The position numbers and the translations under genes are program-made. The notes beneath the pieces are model-generated. The model saw nothing but the letters and a program-made list of their open reading frames with translations, had not been told where the DNA came from and searched no databases. Below, in pieces: positions 23,055 to 34,473 of a stretch of DNA of 64,000 nucleotides (its first letter is position 1; every line of letters begins with the position of its first letter). Source of the DNA: Pseudomonadota bacterium (lineage in GTDB: Bacteria; SZUA-182; DTGQ01); the NCBI GenBank assembly GCA_030625085.1, contig DAOURK010000006.1:4061-68060 (forward strand), read 5' to 3'.

Positions 23055-24719
23055 ATGGGCAATTCCATAATTGCGCAAAGAAGTGAAAATGGTAAACCAA
23101 TAGAGAAGATTCATAAAACGATAATTCAGGATCCTGAAGAGTTTTTGTCATATCTGCAGGATGAATCCCATTTGGGATATGGTCGAGCAGAAGCCGTTTA
23201 TTTTCCTGAAAGTGAGGGGGAGGTCTGCGCTCTCCTATCGTATTTTCAAAAAAAGGGAACACCCGTGACCGTATCCGGTGCCCGCACGGGGGTGGTCGGT
23301 GGGGCGGTGCCACGAGGCGGTGTTATCCTTTCCATGGAAAGGATGAACCATATACTTGGAATATATAAAAGCGAGCAGGGAAAAACCTGGTATGTTCAAG
23401 TAGAGGCGGGTATTAGGCTAAAGAGTGTGCATACATCGATTGAGAGCAAAAATGTGGGTGATATGGAAAATGTTTCAAAAAAAGACGATTTTGTTTCGGA
23501 TCCGATTACCTATTTTTATCCACCGGACCCAACAGAGGACTCAGCCTTAATTGGCGGGACTGCAGCGGCTAATTCATCGGGTGCTAGATCATTTGCCTAT
23601 GGCCCAACGCGAAATTATATTCATCGTCTCAAGGTAGTATTAGCTAATGGCGAGCTTTTAGATATTTTACGAGGAAAGATTTTTGCCGATGAGTCCAACA
23701 CCTTTGAATTAGTTACTTGTGCAGGAAAGAGAATTAAGATTCCTGTACCTTCTTACCGAATGCCTGAAGTAAAAAATGCCGCAGGTTACTATGCCAAGCC
23801 CGGTATGGATTTAATAGATCTTTTTATCGGCTCAGAAGGAACGCTGGGGATTATTACCCTTTTGGAACTTAAAATTATTCCCACCCCGGAAAATATTTTT
23901 AGCGGAATAGCTTTTTTTCCTAAATCAAAAAATGCTTATCAATTTGCCCAACAGGTTCAAAAAGAACGATCAAATCAAATGAGCCGAATCAAACCCACTG
24001 TTTTAGAATATTTTGATTCTCATTCTCTCGACTTATTGCGTCAAAAGCGCAAAGATGATGCTTCGGGTTCGTTAATCGGCGATTTTCCGGACTATGCTCG
24101 ATCAGCAATTTTTTTTGAGCAATTTTGCCGAGAAAAAGACTTGGAAGACATATATGAAAGCTGGCAGAAGCTCTTAGAAGAAAATGAAGTGAGTATGGAT
24201 GATACCTGGGGAGGATTCGAGAAACGAGAGCTGATAAAGATGAAAATTTTTCGGCATACCTTGCCGGAGATTTTAAATGAAATTTTCAGACAAAGAAAAA
24301 GACAATATCCGCAAATTCAAAAAATAAGCCTTGATATTTCTTTACCTGAAAAAGCCTTCCACGAAATGCTTCTTTTTTACAAGACCCGGATAGAAAAACA
24401 AGGGCTAGAATATGTTCTTTTTGGGCATATTGGGGAATATCATCTCCATTTAAATATCTTACCCCGGAATGCTGAAGAGATGGAGAAAGCCAAAGGTCTA
24501 AGCCTTGAATTTGCCCAAAAGGCAGTCTCCTTGGGAGGAACTATTTCAGCCGAACATGGTATTGGTAAAATAAAACATGAATTTCTAGAAATTCTCTATG
24601 GCTCCCAGGGAGTAAAGGAGATGGTGCGGATAAAATTGTTATTAGATCCAAAGGGAATATTAAGTAGAGGCAACATTTTTTCAGAAAGCTATTTACCAGG
24701 TATTTCTTCGTATGAGTAA
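23055..24719 (+). CDS. FAD-linked oxidase (GlcD / D-lactate dehydrogenase-like, FAD_binding_4 family)
   Basis: 554 aa with a FAD-binding PCMH-type N-terminal half (VTVSGARTGVVGG) and a C-terminal oxidase domain. Confidence 0.7.
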   Translation: MGNSIIAQRSENGKPIEKIHKTIIQDPEEFLSYLQDESHLGYGRAEAVYFPESEGEVCALLSYFQKKGTPVTVSGARTGVVGGAVPRGGVILSMERMNHILGIYKSEQGKTWYVQVEAGIRLKSVHTSIESKNVGDMENVSKKDDFVSDPITYFYPPDPTEDSALIGGTAAANSSGARSFAYGPTRNYIHRLKVVLANGELLDILRGKIFADESNTFELVTCAGKRIKIPVPSYRMPEVKNAAGYYAKPGMDLIDLFIGSEGTLGIITLLELKIIPTPENIFSGIAFFPKSKNAYQFAQQVQKERSNQMSRIKPTVLEYFDSHSLDLLRQKRKDDASGSLIGDFPDYARSAIFFEQFCREKDLEDIYESWQKLLEENEVSMDDTWGGFEKRELIKMKIFRHTLPEILNEIFRQRKRQYPQIQKISLDISLPEKAFHEMLLFYKTRIEKQGLEYVLFGHIGEYHLHLNILPRNAEEMEKAKGLSLEFAQKAVSLGGTISAEHGIGKIKHEFLEILYGSQGVKEMVRIKLLLDPKGILSRGNIFSESYLPGISSYE

Positions 24720-25011
24720 TAAACAGCACCTTTTAGAATAAGTCGTCGATCTGAAAATTCAAGAGTCTCGCCCTCCCGGTACCGCAATCTAAATATCCAC
24801 GCAACAAAGAATTAATTTCTTGTTTCAATACCTAGCTAGCCGAACAATTTTCTATTCTTGCTTTTCGTTCCTTAACCCGGAATTTTTATTACAACTAAGC
24901 ATACTGGGATCAAAAAAGGTCCTTAATAGCAAAGGTTTCTTTAAAGTTTTGGTGATAAGAGAACGATAAAGTGTATAGAGAAAAAGATTTCTTAAGCCAG
25001 AAAGAAGAAGA

Positions 25012-26562
25012 ATGATTCAAACCTTAGCTGGACCCAGCCACCGATTTTTACAGCAAATACTTTCCTTTTTACCCTTAGCGGTTGTAATTATTGATAAAGA
25101 TAGGCGCATTCTTTATTTTAATCTTATGGCAGAACAAATAACAGGATATTCTCAGGATGAAATCGTGGGTGAACTTTGCAGTCAGTTGGATATTCGTGAT
25201 GGTCAGGATTCTTGTTCCTTTCTCAAGTCTGATGGAAGTCATAATCCTCGCCTTGCGCAAGCAGCCATTAGACATAAGGATGGGCACAAAATTTTATTAC
25301 TTAGAGGGATTTATCCATTGAAAAATGATCAAGGGCAAGTAATTGGTGCCCTGGAGACCTTATTGGATATAAGTCGAAATCAAAAATCCTCTCATTGTAT
25401 GCCTGAATGTTTAACCATCCAAAGCCTTGAGCTGTCCCATGATCGTCATCTTCGAGAGCTCATAGAACGGAGCAAGAGTAAGTTGCTTGGGATATTTGAT
25501 GAAATTATTGACGGCCTTTTTATGATTGATCATGACTATCGGATTAATGCCATAAACAAAACTCAGGCTTCATACCTGAATAATGTTCCGAAAGCACTAG
25601 TTAAAAATTATTGCTATCAAGTTATGGCTAATCGAACCTCACCATGTTCAGCCTGTATGGCAGCGCAAGTATTTAAAGAGGGAAAAACCAATGCGGCCTT
25701 GAATATCCGATGCAGTAAAGATATTAGTTGTTTTCAAGGACGCCAGGATGGCCCTCGTTATGTCAATATGTATTATATTCCCATCAAAACAGACTTGGGT
25801 CAGGTTCATGATGTATTAATTTATATTCAAGACATTTCGAAATTAAAAGAATTAGAGGAAGGCGTCCGGAGAACGGAAAATTTGGCTGGTCTGGGGATTT
25901 TAGCTTCAGGCGTTGCCCATGAAATCAATAATCCCCTTCAGGTGATTCTCTCTGGGGCTAATTGTTTGATGAAGAAGAGAGAGAATCAAGATATTGTTTT
26001 AGACATTGCAACCCAAATAAAAGAATGTGCGGAAAAAATGGCTAATATTATTAAGGATCTTTCCTTATATTCTCGAGGAATTCGGCAAAAAGATGGAGGA
26101 ACATTAATCCATATTAAACAAATATTGGATGATTCTATTTCAATGGCTTCACACGTCCGGAATATGGGAAAGGTTTCGATCACGAAAGATTATCACCAAA
26201 CGGCCATGATTTTAGGGAATCCAAGTCAATTTCAACAAATTTTTGTTAATCTCATCATTAATGCAGTTGATGCCATGGAGGGAAAGGGGTCAATGGTGCT
26301 GAAAACATTTCAGCGAAACGGTTTTGTCGAAATTCGCGTAGAAGATACAGGATGCGGGATTCGAGATAATGATCTTCCCTATATTTTTGACCCTTTCTTT
26401 ACTACCAAAGATCCGGGGAAAGGAACCGGTTTGGGATTAAATGTAGTTTATCGGTTGGTTAATCAATATAAAGGCAAAATTCATGTTAAGTCGAATAAGG
26501 GAGAAGGGACCTCTTTTATCGTAAAATTTCCAAAGGTTTTATCTAGAGAGGGGGAAAAATAG
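25012..26562 (+). CDS. PAS-domain sensor histidine kinase
   Basis: PAS regions, HisKA H-box (GVAHEINNPL), HATPase_c (NLIINAVDAM...GTGLGLNVV). Confidence 0.85.
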   Translation: MIQTLAGPSHRFLQQILSFLPLAVVIIDKDRRILYFNLMAEQITGYSQDEIVGELCSQLDIRDGQDSCSFLKSDGSHNPRLAQAAIRHKDGHKILLLRGIYPLKNDQGQVIGALETLLDISRNQKSSHCMPECLTIQSLELSHDRHLRELIERSKSKLLGIFDEIIDGLFMIDHDYRINAINKTQASYLNNVPKALVKNYCYQVMANRTSPCSACMAAQVFKEGKTNAALNIRCSKDISCFQGRQDGPRYVNMYYIPIKTDLGQVHDVLIYIQDISKLKELEEGVRRTENLAGLGILASGVAHEINNPLQVILSGANCLMKKRENQDIVLDIATQIKECAEKMANIIKDLSLYSRGIRQKDGGTLIHIKQILDDSISMASHVRNMGKVSITKDYHQTAMILGNPSQFQQIFVNLIINAVDAMEGKGSMVLKTFQRNGFVEIRVEDTGCGIRDNDLPYIFDPFFTTKDPGKGTGLGLNVVYRLVNQYKGKIHVKSNKGEGTSFIVKFPKVLSREGEK

Positions 26563-26566
26563 CCTA

Positions 26567-27682
26567 ATGAATGATAAAATTTTACTTATTGATGATGATG
26601 TTAATATCTTAAAAATGCTCGCCAAGGTTTTTCAGTTTGAAGGGTATAACGTACTTACTGCTGAAAATGGAAAAAAGGGTCTTGAGCTACTGACCAAGCA
26701 AAAAGATACAGGAGTGGTAATATGCGATATTAAGATGCCTGAAATGGATGGCGAAAAGGTTTTGGAACAGATTCGATTTCGTCAGCCACTTATACCGGTA
26801 ATTATGTTAACTGGGTTTTTAGAATTAGAAACAGCCGTTAATGTGATGCGAAATGGTGCTTTCGACTATATCACTAAGCCGGTAGATAATGATCAGTTAT
26901 TGGCTGTAGTAGAAAAAGCTTTTCAACAAAGAAACCGAATGCTTGAAGAATTACGAAAAAAGGGGCAGGAGGAAAAAATGGCTGCCCTTGGCAGGTTAAC
27001 TGCCGGGTTTGCTCATAATTTGAATAATCCATTAAGCTGTATTATTGCCTATGCTGAATTCTTAAAAGGAAAATATCCTCAGGAACCAAGATTAAGCAAA
27101 ATATATTCAGCAGGAAATAAAATGTATACGATAATCAGCAGCATGTTGAATAAAACCCGTAAAGAATACCATAGAAACAAAGAAATAATTAATCTTAATC
27201 AAATATTGGTAGAAGAGGTAGAGTTTTTTGATGCGGATTTAGAATTTAGGCACCAAGTGGAAAAGAAGTGGAATCTGGCCAAAGATTTACCCGAAATCGA
27301 GGGAATTTATGCTGATTTTAGCCAGTGCTTTTCAAATTTGATCAAGAATGCCTTTGATGCCATGAAGGGATCAGCAAATAAAATGCTGGGCGTAAACACC
27401 GGATGGGATAAACATCATATATATGTCGAAATCAGTGACTCGGGCTGTGGAATAAAAAAGAAAGATCTTCCGAAATTGTTTGAACCGTTTTTTACTACAA
27501 AATCAGGGCGAGAGGGGAAAAGTCTTAAAGGAACAGGGTTAGGTTTGTTCAGCAGTTATCAATTATTAAAACAATATCAGGCAGCCTTTGATGTTCAAAG
27601 CGAGCTCGGAAAAGGCACTACCTTTCGAGTGTCTTTCCCTTATACTTTAGCTATTAAACCGGCGATGGCAGGTGCATGCTGA
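26567..27682 (+). CDS. Hybrid response regulator receiver - histidine kinase
   Basis: N-terminal REC domain (LLIDDD...DIKMPEMDG...MLTG), then an H-box (GFAHNLNNPL) and HATPase_c (GTGLGLFSS). Confidence 0.85.
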   Translation: MNDKILLIDDDVNILKMLAKVFQFEGYNVLTAENGKKGLELLTKQKDTGVVICDIKMPEMDGEKVLEQIRFRQPLIPVIMLTGFLELETAVNVMRNGAFDYITKPVDNDQLLAVVEKAFQQRNRMLEELRKKGQEEKMAALGRLTAGFAHNLNNPLSCIIAYAEFLKGKYPQEPRLSKIYSAGNKMYTIISSMLNKTRKEYHRNKEIINLNQILVEEVEFFDADLEFRHQVEKKWNLAKDLPEIEGIYADFSQCFSNLIKNAFDAMKGSANKMLGVNTGWDKHHIYVEISDSGCGIKKKDLPKLFEPFFTTKSGREGKSLKGTGLGLFSSYQLLKQYQAAFDVQSELGKGTTFRVSFPYTLAIKPAMAGAC

Positions 27683-27948
27683 AAAGCTAAGATGAATAAA
27701 TAATCGAAACGGCTATTTATCCTTACGACGACACTTGTTTCGTGAACCCCGGTATTATCGGTATTAAAGGCTATTAAATAAATAACAAAATTTATCAAAA
27801 TAAGGTAAACTCAATCACCTCAATGATCTGAAAAAATAAGTGACATTGCAGGGTTATTTAGAGGAATGGAGGAATGGGGAAGATTTTTAATCTGTCCCTA
27901 TTTTTTAAGATTTAGAAAGACAGGGATAGAGAACGAGAGGAAATTTAG

Positions 27949-28191
27949 GTGTGGAAAAGAATTGAAGTCCACTGCTATTCAGGGTATAAGGTAAATGAAA
28001 GTCCTCGAGAGATTATTCTGGAAAAAAAATTAATAAAAATTAAACAGGTCCTGGATCGTTGGTATGAAGGCGGAATACGGGCCGGTCAGCCCAAAATGGA
28101 TTATTTTAAGATTTTAACAGAGAATAATCAACAATATGTAATGCGCTATAATTCTTTGTTTGACGCTTGGAGTCTGTGGCAAAATGAATAG
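27949..28191 (+). CDS. Hypothetical small protein (80 aa)
   Basis: GTG start with an upstream AGAGG. Non-repetitive sequence with Trp/Tyr-rich motifs; no recognisable family. Confidence 0.35.
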   Translation: MWKRIEVHCYSGYKVNESPREIILEKKLIKIKQVLDRWYEGGIRAGQPKMDYFKILTENNQQYVMRYNSLFDAWSLWQNE

Positions 28192-28329
28192 AAAAATTAC
28201 ACTAGTGTCGTGTCAACCTTTAAATGTTGAATAAAGTAAGGATGTTTTTATTTGGCATACTTGATTGATAATAAGAAAAATAACTGATTGTTATACGACA
28301 TTACAAAGTTTACATGATACTAGGTCGTT

Positions 28330-28480
28330 AAAAAATCGCTTCGCTAGACGGTTGTCTTTTTTAAGCTCCTAAGCTTGCAAAAGCTAAATTGCCGAACTCG
28401 CTTCGCTCAGACAGTGGCAATTTTTATCGCTTTTGCTTCGCTAAGAAGCTTTACAAAAAGTCTCTCTATATCGCTTTAGC
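28330..28480. repeat. Degenerate short-repeat / multi-hairpin region (CGCTTCGCT-type motif x4, several small palindromes)
   Basis: CGCTTCGCTAGAC, CGCTTCGCTCAGAC, TTGCTTCGCTAAGA, CGCTTTAGCG. Hairpins TTGCCG...CAGTGGCAA and AGCTTGCAAAAGCT. Confidence 0.4.
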
Positions 28481-28702
28481 GAAATTTTGGCGACCTATTA
28501 TTTAATGTAGGACAAAATTTAGCATTATTGATCTAACAGGTGGTGATGTGAATTTTGATTGTTTATTATCTAAAAGGCTAATATAATTGAAGAGCAAGCG
28601 ACATTAGTAGTGAAAAAAATAGAAAGGGAACATATACGTCGACAGGTAGACATAAACGATAATAAAATTTTCTAATATCAATTAAACATAGGTGATCACC
28701 AA

Positions 28703-29374
28703 ATGAAAAATCAAAGATTAGGCATTCTTTTTTTTGTGTTGGCGGTATGCTGTATACTATCTGGAATAAAATCAGTGTCGGAGGAGGGTGTTTTTTTTGA
28801 GAAAAAAAGCCAAACTTTTATCGATGGTGAACCTGCAGGGCCTTCAAAAATTTTAAGGGTTTGGGTAAAAGGTAATCGACTACGGTACGAAAACGAGAAC
28901 GAGAAGGATAAATATGTTCTTATTTTAATGGATAAGGGAAAGACCTATGAATTAGATAAAATAAACAAAACATTCAAAAAATCTTTAAATGAAACGGATA
29001 AACTAAAAGAAGCGAATGAGCGCTCTATGGTTATTTCAAAGCGAACGGGCAGGAAAAAGAAGATTGAGAAATGGAACTGCTATGAAGTTGTTTTGGATAC
29101 GACAATTCAGGGAAAGAAAATGAAAGCTGTCTGCTGGCTTAGTGAAGACATTCATATTTCATCAAATATTATGGAAAAAATAGCTAAATTTAGCCAGATG
29201 AAGTTAATGGAGGAATTAGCAAAATTTTCGGGGTATCCTGTTAAGATGATTTTAGAATCCACCTTACAGGGCAAACATGTTAAAATTATAAGTACCTTAA
29301 CCAAGATTAGTAAAGAGCCGATAAAAGCAAATTTTTTAAAGGTTCCTTTTGATTACAATGAAGTAGCTCCCTAA
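28703..29374 (+). CDS. Secreted/lipoprotein-like hypothetical protein (DUF4412-like)
   Basis: Signal peptide with a Cys (lipobox-like LAVCC), Lys-rich mature region. Confidence 0.55.
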   Translation: MKNQRLGILFFVLAVCCILSGIKSVSEEGVFFEKKSQTFIDGEPAGPSKILRVWVKGNRLRYENENEKDKYVLILMDKGKTYELDKINKTFKKSLNETDKLKEANERSMVISKRTGRKKKIEKWNCYEVVLDTTIQGKKMKAVCWLSEDIHISSNIMEKIAKFSQMKLMEELAKFSGYPVKMILESTLQGKHVKIISTLTKISKEPIKANFLKVPFDYNEVAP

Positions 29375-29588
29375 TCGTATATTTTTACACAAAGAGCACG
29401 CAATTTGTGATTGTAAATACCGATTAAACCTCAGTTACAAAATTTACAAACCTTGTCATTTTGACCTTGGGGAAAAATTTAAAAAGGTTTAAAATTCCCC
29501 CTTTTTTTCAACAGAAAGGATAAATTTTGTATGGGAAAAAGACCGTAAATTTTGCCCATGCCGAATAAAATAGGAAAGGTTATTATCA

Positions 29589-30752
29589 ATGCAGCAAGAG
29601 CAAAAAAATCAAAAAAGTAAGTATAGGTGTTTTTTCTTTTTCTGGACAGGCTTAGTATTGATAGGAATGATATTCCTGCTGTGTTCATCCATCAGGGCAC
29701 AAGCGGATCAAGATGCAAGATTGGAATGGGTAGCAGGACAGAGAACAGATCCGGTGATTGTTTCGAGCCATGAAGCCTTTTTTCAAATAAAGCTTATTGA
29801 TCCACAGGAACGAGACCCCAATAGATTTGGAGTCGAAGTCTGGATCGATGCTGATGAAGATGGGCCGGATGATGATGATGAGAGAAAATCATTAACGTCT
29901 ACTTCCAACGAAAATCTCTCTGTAGGAAGGATTTATTCAACTACCCTTTATTTTTTAGAGGACAAGACTATTGGATCGGTAGCTGATCCGGATGGTAATC
30001 AATGTAATGAGCTAGAAAGTTTTGAGACTACGTTTCGCTTTTGTTGTAAAATCGACGGCAACAAAGTCACTGATGATGATAATATAATACCTAATAGCCC
30101 GACCGACCCCAATAATCAGTTAATAGTCTTAAATAAAAATTGTGATGTTGATGAAGACGGCATCAATGATTTGGAAGAGGGCGCTGACTCTTTACCGGAA
30201 TCCTATTGCCCAGATCCTAACTATGCTTATAGGGATAAAACCTTGGTTGCTTTCAGGACCCCGGGGGGTAAAATAGCCATGAAAATCGATAAAGGTCGGT
30301 TTCGAAAGGTCCGTATAGAAGCCGAGAATGATGCCAACCGTCCGGAAGAGACTATTTCGAATTTAACGTTTCCCTATGGGTTTATTTCTTTTAGGATTGA
30401 GGGACCAAAAAAAGGAGTAAACTTAGAAGAAGTAGAATTAAGGATACTATTTCCAACCCAAATTACTAATTATGCTGAGTTTTGCCGTTATAGTTTGGGG
30501 GCATGGCGGGCTAGAATCGAATATAGCGTCTATGATGATAGTTATGTTGGAGGAGATACTTGGCGACACGAAGATTTTTCGGGAGCACCTGAGTGGGAAA
30601 AACGTAGCCTTATGGTAAAACTCACGGACAATAACCCCAAACATGACTCAAATGATAATTATGGTGTAATTGACGATCCTTGGGGTTTGGGTATACCAAG
30701 GGAAAGCAGCGGGGGTGGAAGATGTTTTCTCTCTTATATTATAGCCTTTTAA
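29589..30752 (+). CDS. Secreted hypothetical protein with an acidic Asp-rich segment
   Basis: N-terminal hydrophobic signal; the DADEDGPDDDDER and DVDEDGINDLEEGAD segments resemble Ca-binding. No recognisable family. Confidence 0.5.
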   Translation: MQQEQKNQKSKYRCFFFFWTGLVLIGMIFLLCSSIRAQADQDARLEWVAGQRTDPVIVSSHEAFFQIKLIDPQERDPNRFGVEVWIDADEDGPDDDDERKSLTSTSNENLSVGRIYSTTLYFLEDKTIGSVADPDGNQCNELESFETTFRFCCKIDGNKVTDDDNIIPNSPTDPNNQLIVLNKNCDVDEDGINDLEEGADSLPESYCPDPNYAYRDKTLVAFRTPGGKIAMKIDKGRFRKVRIEAENDANRPEETISNLTFPYGFISFRIEGPKKGVNLEEVELRILFPTQITNYAEFCRYSLGAWRARIEYSVYDDSYVGGDTWRHEDFSGAPEWEKRSLMVKLTDNNPKHDSNDNYGVIDDPWGLGIPRESSGGGRCFLSYIIAF

Positions 30753-30812
30753 TTTTTAAGAATTTTGAATATACAGCACCTTAATCGTAATATATATATT
30801 TAACCATACACC

Positions 30813-32000
30813 CTATGTCTTCAATTCAAAATTTGGTAATTTTTCCAATTGTTGGAGAACGAATTGACGAATTTTTTGGGGAGTGGGAAGAGGACGGACT
30901 ATTTTCCCCTTGTGAATAAGCGGATGTAAAAGGGGTTCAAAGGCTGTGCCGCAAGAACAGGAGGTAAGGGCGGAGTTAGCTGGGACGGTGTGATTTTGAA
31001 AACAGTTCGCACAGTGGAATACTTGTTTTTTGCCGGATTTTTTACCTCGTTTAGCCAAGGGGCGGCCTTCTATTTCAATAATGTCAAAAGAAAAATCTAA
31101 GACGGGAGCATTGCTGATGCATGTTCCTATACCATAAGCATCAGCAACAGGATTTAAATCTAAAATTTGGTTTTCATCTACCCCGCCACTGACAAATAAT
31201 TTTACTCTCTGAAACCCCCTTAAATTAAGCTCCCATCGAACCTCTTCCAGAATTTGGCGCATATTTCCCCTTCGGGAAGAGGGTGTGTCTAATCGAAGAG
31301 CAAAAAGATCTTGGCCAAGTTTTTGAGCCACTTTGATAGCCTCTTCTTTTTCATCACAGAAGGTGTCAATAAGAGCTACGCGTTTAATCTCAGGATCGAT
31401 AATTTCGTGAAAGGCTTGACAGGCTTTGACAGTATCTCCTAAAATGAGTATGAGAGAATGGGGCATAGTTCCAACAGGCTTTTCATGAATCAAATCTGCG
31501 CTTTTGGTCACCGCCACCCCATTACATCCGCCGATGAAAGCGTTTCTTTCGATCATAGGGGCGATGGCAGGATGCATTCTTCTTGCCCCAAAACTGACCA
31601 TTATACGATCTCCGGCAGCCTTTCGACAACGGGAAGCCTTGGTGGCAATGCCTGAAGCCTGACAGAGGAGTCCCAGTAAAGAGGTTTCATATTTGAGAAA
31701 GTCCAGATACTTTCCTTCGATATAGAGTACAGGTTGGTCAATATTGAATATGGTGCCTTCCGACATGGCGTAAACATTGATGGGAAGGCCTTTTAATAGA
31801 TGAGCAACTTCTTCCAGGCCTGATAAAATCCCCCAACACCAATTTTTGGGTAAGAGTTTAAGACTTACCTCAGCTACTACATGTTGATCAGGGGCTTTTT
31901 GTTTAAGGATTTTTTCAGTGTGACTAAAATAAACATCGCTGATGGCTGCGGCTTTTATTTCGTCTTCCCCGGCAATATGAAACACTTTTAAATCCTTCAA
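30813..32000 (-). CDS. pncB: Nicotinate phosphoribosyltransferase family protein (archaeal-type, C-terminal Cys4 zinc ribbon)
   Basis: NAPRTase-like core plus C-terminal CANC...CSCG motifs. Confidence 0.7.
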   Translation of the reverse strand: MKDLKVFHIAGEDEIKAAAISDVYFSHTEKILKQKAPDQHVVAEVSLKLLPKNWCWGILSGLEEVAHLLKGLPINVYAMSEGTIFNIDQPVLYIEGKYLDFLKYETSLLGLLCQASGIATKASRCRKAAGDRIMVSFGARRMHPAIAPMIERNAFIGGCNGVAVTKSADLIHEKPVGTMPHSLILILGDTVKACQAFHEIIDPEIKRVALIDTFCDEKEEAIKVAQKLGQDLFALRLDTPSSRRGNMRQILEEVRWELNLRGFQRVKLFVSGGVDENQILDLNPVADAYGIGTCISNAPVLDFSFDIIEIEGRPLAKRGKKSGKKQVFHCANCFQNHTVPANSALTSCSCGTAFEPLLHPLIHKGKIVRPLPTPQKIRQFVLQQLEKLPNFELKT

Positions 32001-32088
32001 ACAAACTTTAATAATAGCTAATTGAATAGCTAGGAAGTTTCATTTAAAAGAAAAATCTCGTAAATCCTTTTAAATCCGCCTAATTTAA

Positions 32089-34473
32089 TTAAGAGGAATT
32101 ATTTTTACTACTTTTACCATTTTTTAGAGCAATTTTCAAGATTTCTTCCATGCGGTCAGCGAAAATAAAGTGCATATTTTGACGGACCGGCTTGGGGATC
32201 TCCTGAATATCATTTTTATTTCGGGCAGGAATTATTATATGGTGAATGCCCACTCGTTTTGCAGCCAGGACCTTTTCTTTCAATCCACCGACCGGCAAAA
32301 CTCGGCCCCGCAGAGTAATTTCTCCGGTCATAGCCAAATCTTTGCGAACCAGTTTTTTCGTAAAGAGTGAAACTAAAGAAGTAGCCATGGTTACGCCGGC
32401 GGAAGGTCCATCTTTAGGAATAGCGCCGGCAGGAATATGAATGTGAATATCTTTATTAGAATAAAAATTATCTTCAAGACCTAAGTCTTCGGCTCTAGAT
32501 CTGGCAAAACTGAGAGCTGCCTGAGCAGACTCTTTCATGATATCTCCCAGGTGCCCAGTGAGAATTAATTGTCCTTTGCCTTTCATGCTGGTAGCTTCAA
32601 TATGTATAATCTCTCCACCGGCCATAGTCCAGGCCATACCTGTAGTTACTCCTACCTCCTCTGAGTCATATTCCATTTCTCTAAGATATTTGGGCATTCC
32701 CAATAAAAGATGAAGATTTCTGGGATTAACATTAAGCTTTTGGACAATACCCTCGGCTTTTCGTTTGGCGCGTTTGCGGCAGATGGCGGCTAATTCCCGC
32801 TCCAAATTTCTCAAGCCCGCTTCCCGAGTATATTCGTTAATTATTTTTAATATGGCTTGATCGGAAATGTGTAAATCCTTATCAGTAACACCATTTTCTT
32901 CAAATTGCTTTGGAATTAAGTATCGATTAGCGATTTTCAGTTTTTCTAACTCTGTATACCCTGTTAGGTGAATAATTTCCATTCGATCTCGAAAGGCGGG
33001 AAGAATCGGATCAAGAAGATTAGCCGTGGCAATGAAAATAACATTGGTCAAATCAAAAGGGAGTCCTAAATAATGATCAGTAAAGGTAGAATTTTGTTCC
33101 GGATCCAGGACTTCTAAAAGGGCGGCTGAGGGATCTCCCCGAAAATCAGCTCCGATTTTATCTACTTCATCCATCATATATACCGGATTGTTGGACCCTA
33201 CTTGTTTTATTCCTTGAATAATACGGCCGGGCATAGAACCGATATAGGTCCTTCGGTGGCCGCGGATTTCAGCTTCATCTCTGACACCTCCAAGAGAAAT
33301 CCGCACAAATTTTCGACCCAGTGCCCTGGCAATAGATTTCCCCAAAGACGTTTTCCCAACTCCAGGAGGGCCAACAAAGCAGAGAATAGGACCTTTCATT
33401 TTATCTTTTTTGAGTTTTCTTACTCCCAGATATTCCAGAATTCTTTCCTTGACCTTTTCCAAATCGTAGTGATCTTCATTAAGGACTTTGGTCGCCTGAG
33501 CAATATCCAGATTATCTTCAGTAGCCGTGTTCCAGGGAATCTCAATCAACCACTCCAAATAATTACGAACCATGCCGGATTCAGCAGCCTCAGGGTGCAT
33601 TTTAGCTAATCGAGATAATTGTTTTTGCGCCTCTTTTTCAGCATCTTCGGGAAGTTTAGCCTTTTTGATTTTAGCTTTTAAATCATTAATTTCTTCAGTA
33701 CGTTCATCAGACTGTCCCAGTTCATGTTGGATGGCTTTCAATTGTTGTCGAAGGTAGTATTCCTTATGGTCTTTATCCATCTCTTCTTTGGCCTGGGACT
33801 GAATTTTTTTCTGCATGCCCAGAACTTCTAATTCCTTGGACAGCAGTTCATGAACCCTTTTAAGCCTTTGAACAGGATCAATAATCTCTAAAACCTCTTG
33901 GGTTTTTTCTGTTTTGAGAACCAGATTAGAGACAATCAAATCGGCTAATTTTCCTGGGTCCTCTATATTACCTGCAATAGCTACTACATCTGGAAGCAAG
34001 GCCTTTCCCAGGGACAGACTTTTTTCCATTTGTGACTTGACATTTCTCATGAGAGCTTCTATTTCCAATGTGCGCTCAGGGGTTTCCTTTTCGACGATTT
34101 TTTTAATATTGGCCATGAAGCAATTTTCATTTTGTTTAAAATTGGTTAGTTTTGCCCTTATCAGGCCATGTATTAAGATTTTAAGTCTTCCATCAGGCAA
34201 TTTCAGAATTTTCATGATACTGCCAATAGTTCCAAATCGAAAGATTTCTTTAGCAGTTGGATTTTCGGTTTTAGGATCTTTTTGTGCGGCAAGAAAAATT
34301 TTTCGATCGTATTCAGCTACGGATGCCTCTACCGCCTTGATAGATTTTTCTCTCCCAACAAATAAAGGAAGAATCATATAGGGATAAACGACAATATCTC
34401 TAACGGGCAAAAGAGGTAAGCAGTTTGGTATGCCTTCCAAAAGCAGATTCTTTTTTTCATCAGTCTCGACCAC
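32089..34473 (-). CDS. lon: ATP-dependent Lon protease
   Basis: 794 aa with LON N-domain, AAA+ (GPPGVGKTS) and a proteolytic S16 domain (PKDGPSAG). Confidence 0.95.
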   Translation of the reverse strand: MVETDEKKNLLLEGIPNCLPLLPVRDIVVYPYMILPLFVGREKSIKAVEASVAEYDRKIFLAAQKDPKTENPTAKEIFRFGTIGSIMKILKLPDGRLKILIHGLIRAKLTNFKQNENCFMANIKKIVEKETPERTLEIEALMRNVKSQMEKSLSLGKALLPDVVAIAGNIEDPGKLADLIVSNLVLKTEKTQEVLEIIDPVQRLKRVHELLSKELEVLGMQKKIQSQAKEEMDKDHKEYYLRQQLKAIQHELGQSDERTEEINDLKAKIKKAKLPEDAEKEAQKQLSRLAKMHPEAAESGMVRNYLEWLIEIPWNTATEDNLDIAQATKVLNEDHYDLEKVKERILEYLGVRKLKKDKMKGPILCFVGPPGVGKTSLGKSIARALGRKFVRISLGGVRDEAEIRGHRRTYIGSMPGRIIQGIKQVGSNNPVYMMDEVDKIGADFRGDPSAALLEVLDPEQNSTFTDHYLGLPFDLTNVIFIATANLLDPILPAFRDRMEIIHLTGYTELEKLKIANRYLIPKQFEENGVTDKDLHISDQAILKIINEYTREAGLRNLERELAAICRKRAKRKAEGIVQKLNVNPRNLHLLLGMPKYLREMEYDSEEVGVTTGMAWTMAGGEIIHIEATSMKGKGQLILTGHLGDIMKESAQAALSFARSRAEDLGLEDNFYSNKDIHIHIPAGAIPKDGPSAGVTMATSLVSLFTKKLVRKDLAMTGEITLRGRVLPVGGLKEKVLAAKRVGIHHIIIPARNKNDIQEIPKPVRQNMHFIFADRMEEILKIALKNGKSSKNNSS

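Noticed and set aside
24720-25011. DnaA-box-like ATATCCACG in the oxidase-kinase spacer
   Set aside because: Two mismatches from consensus and isolated. Likely chance.
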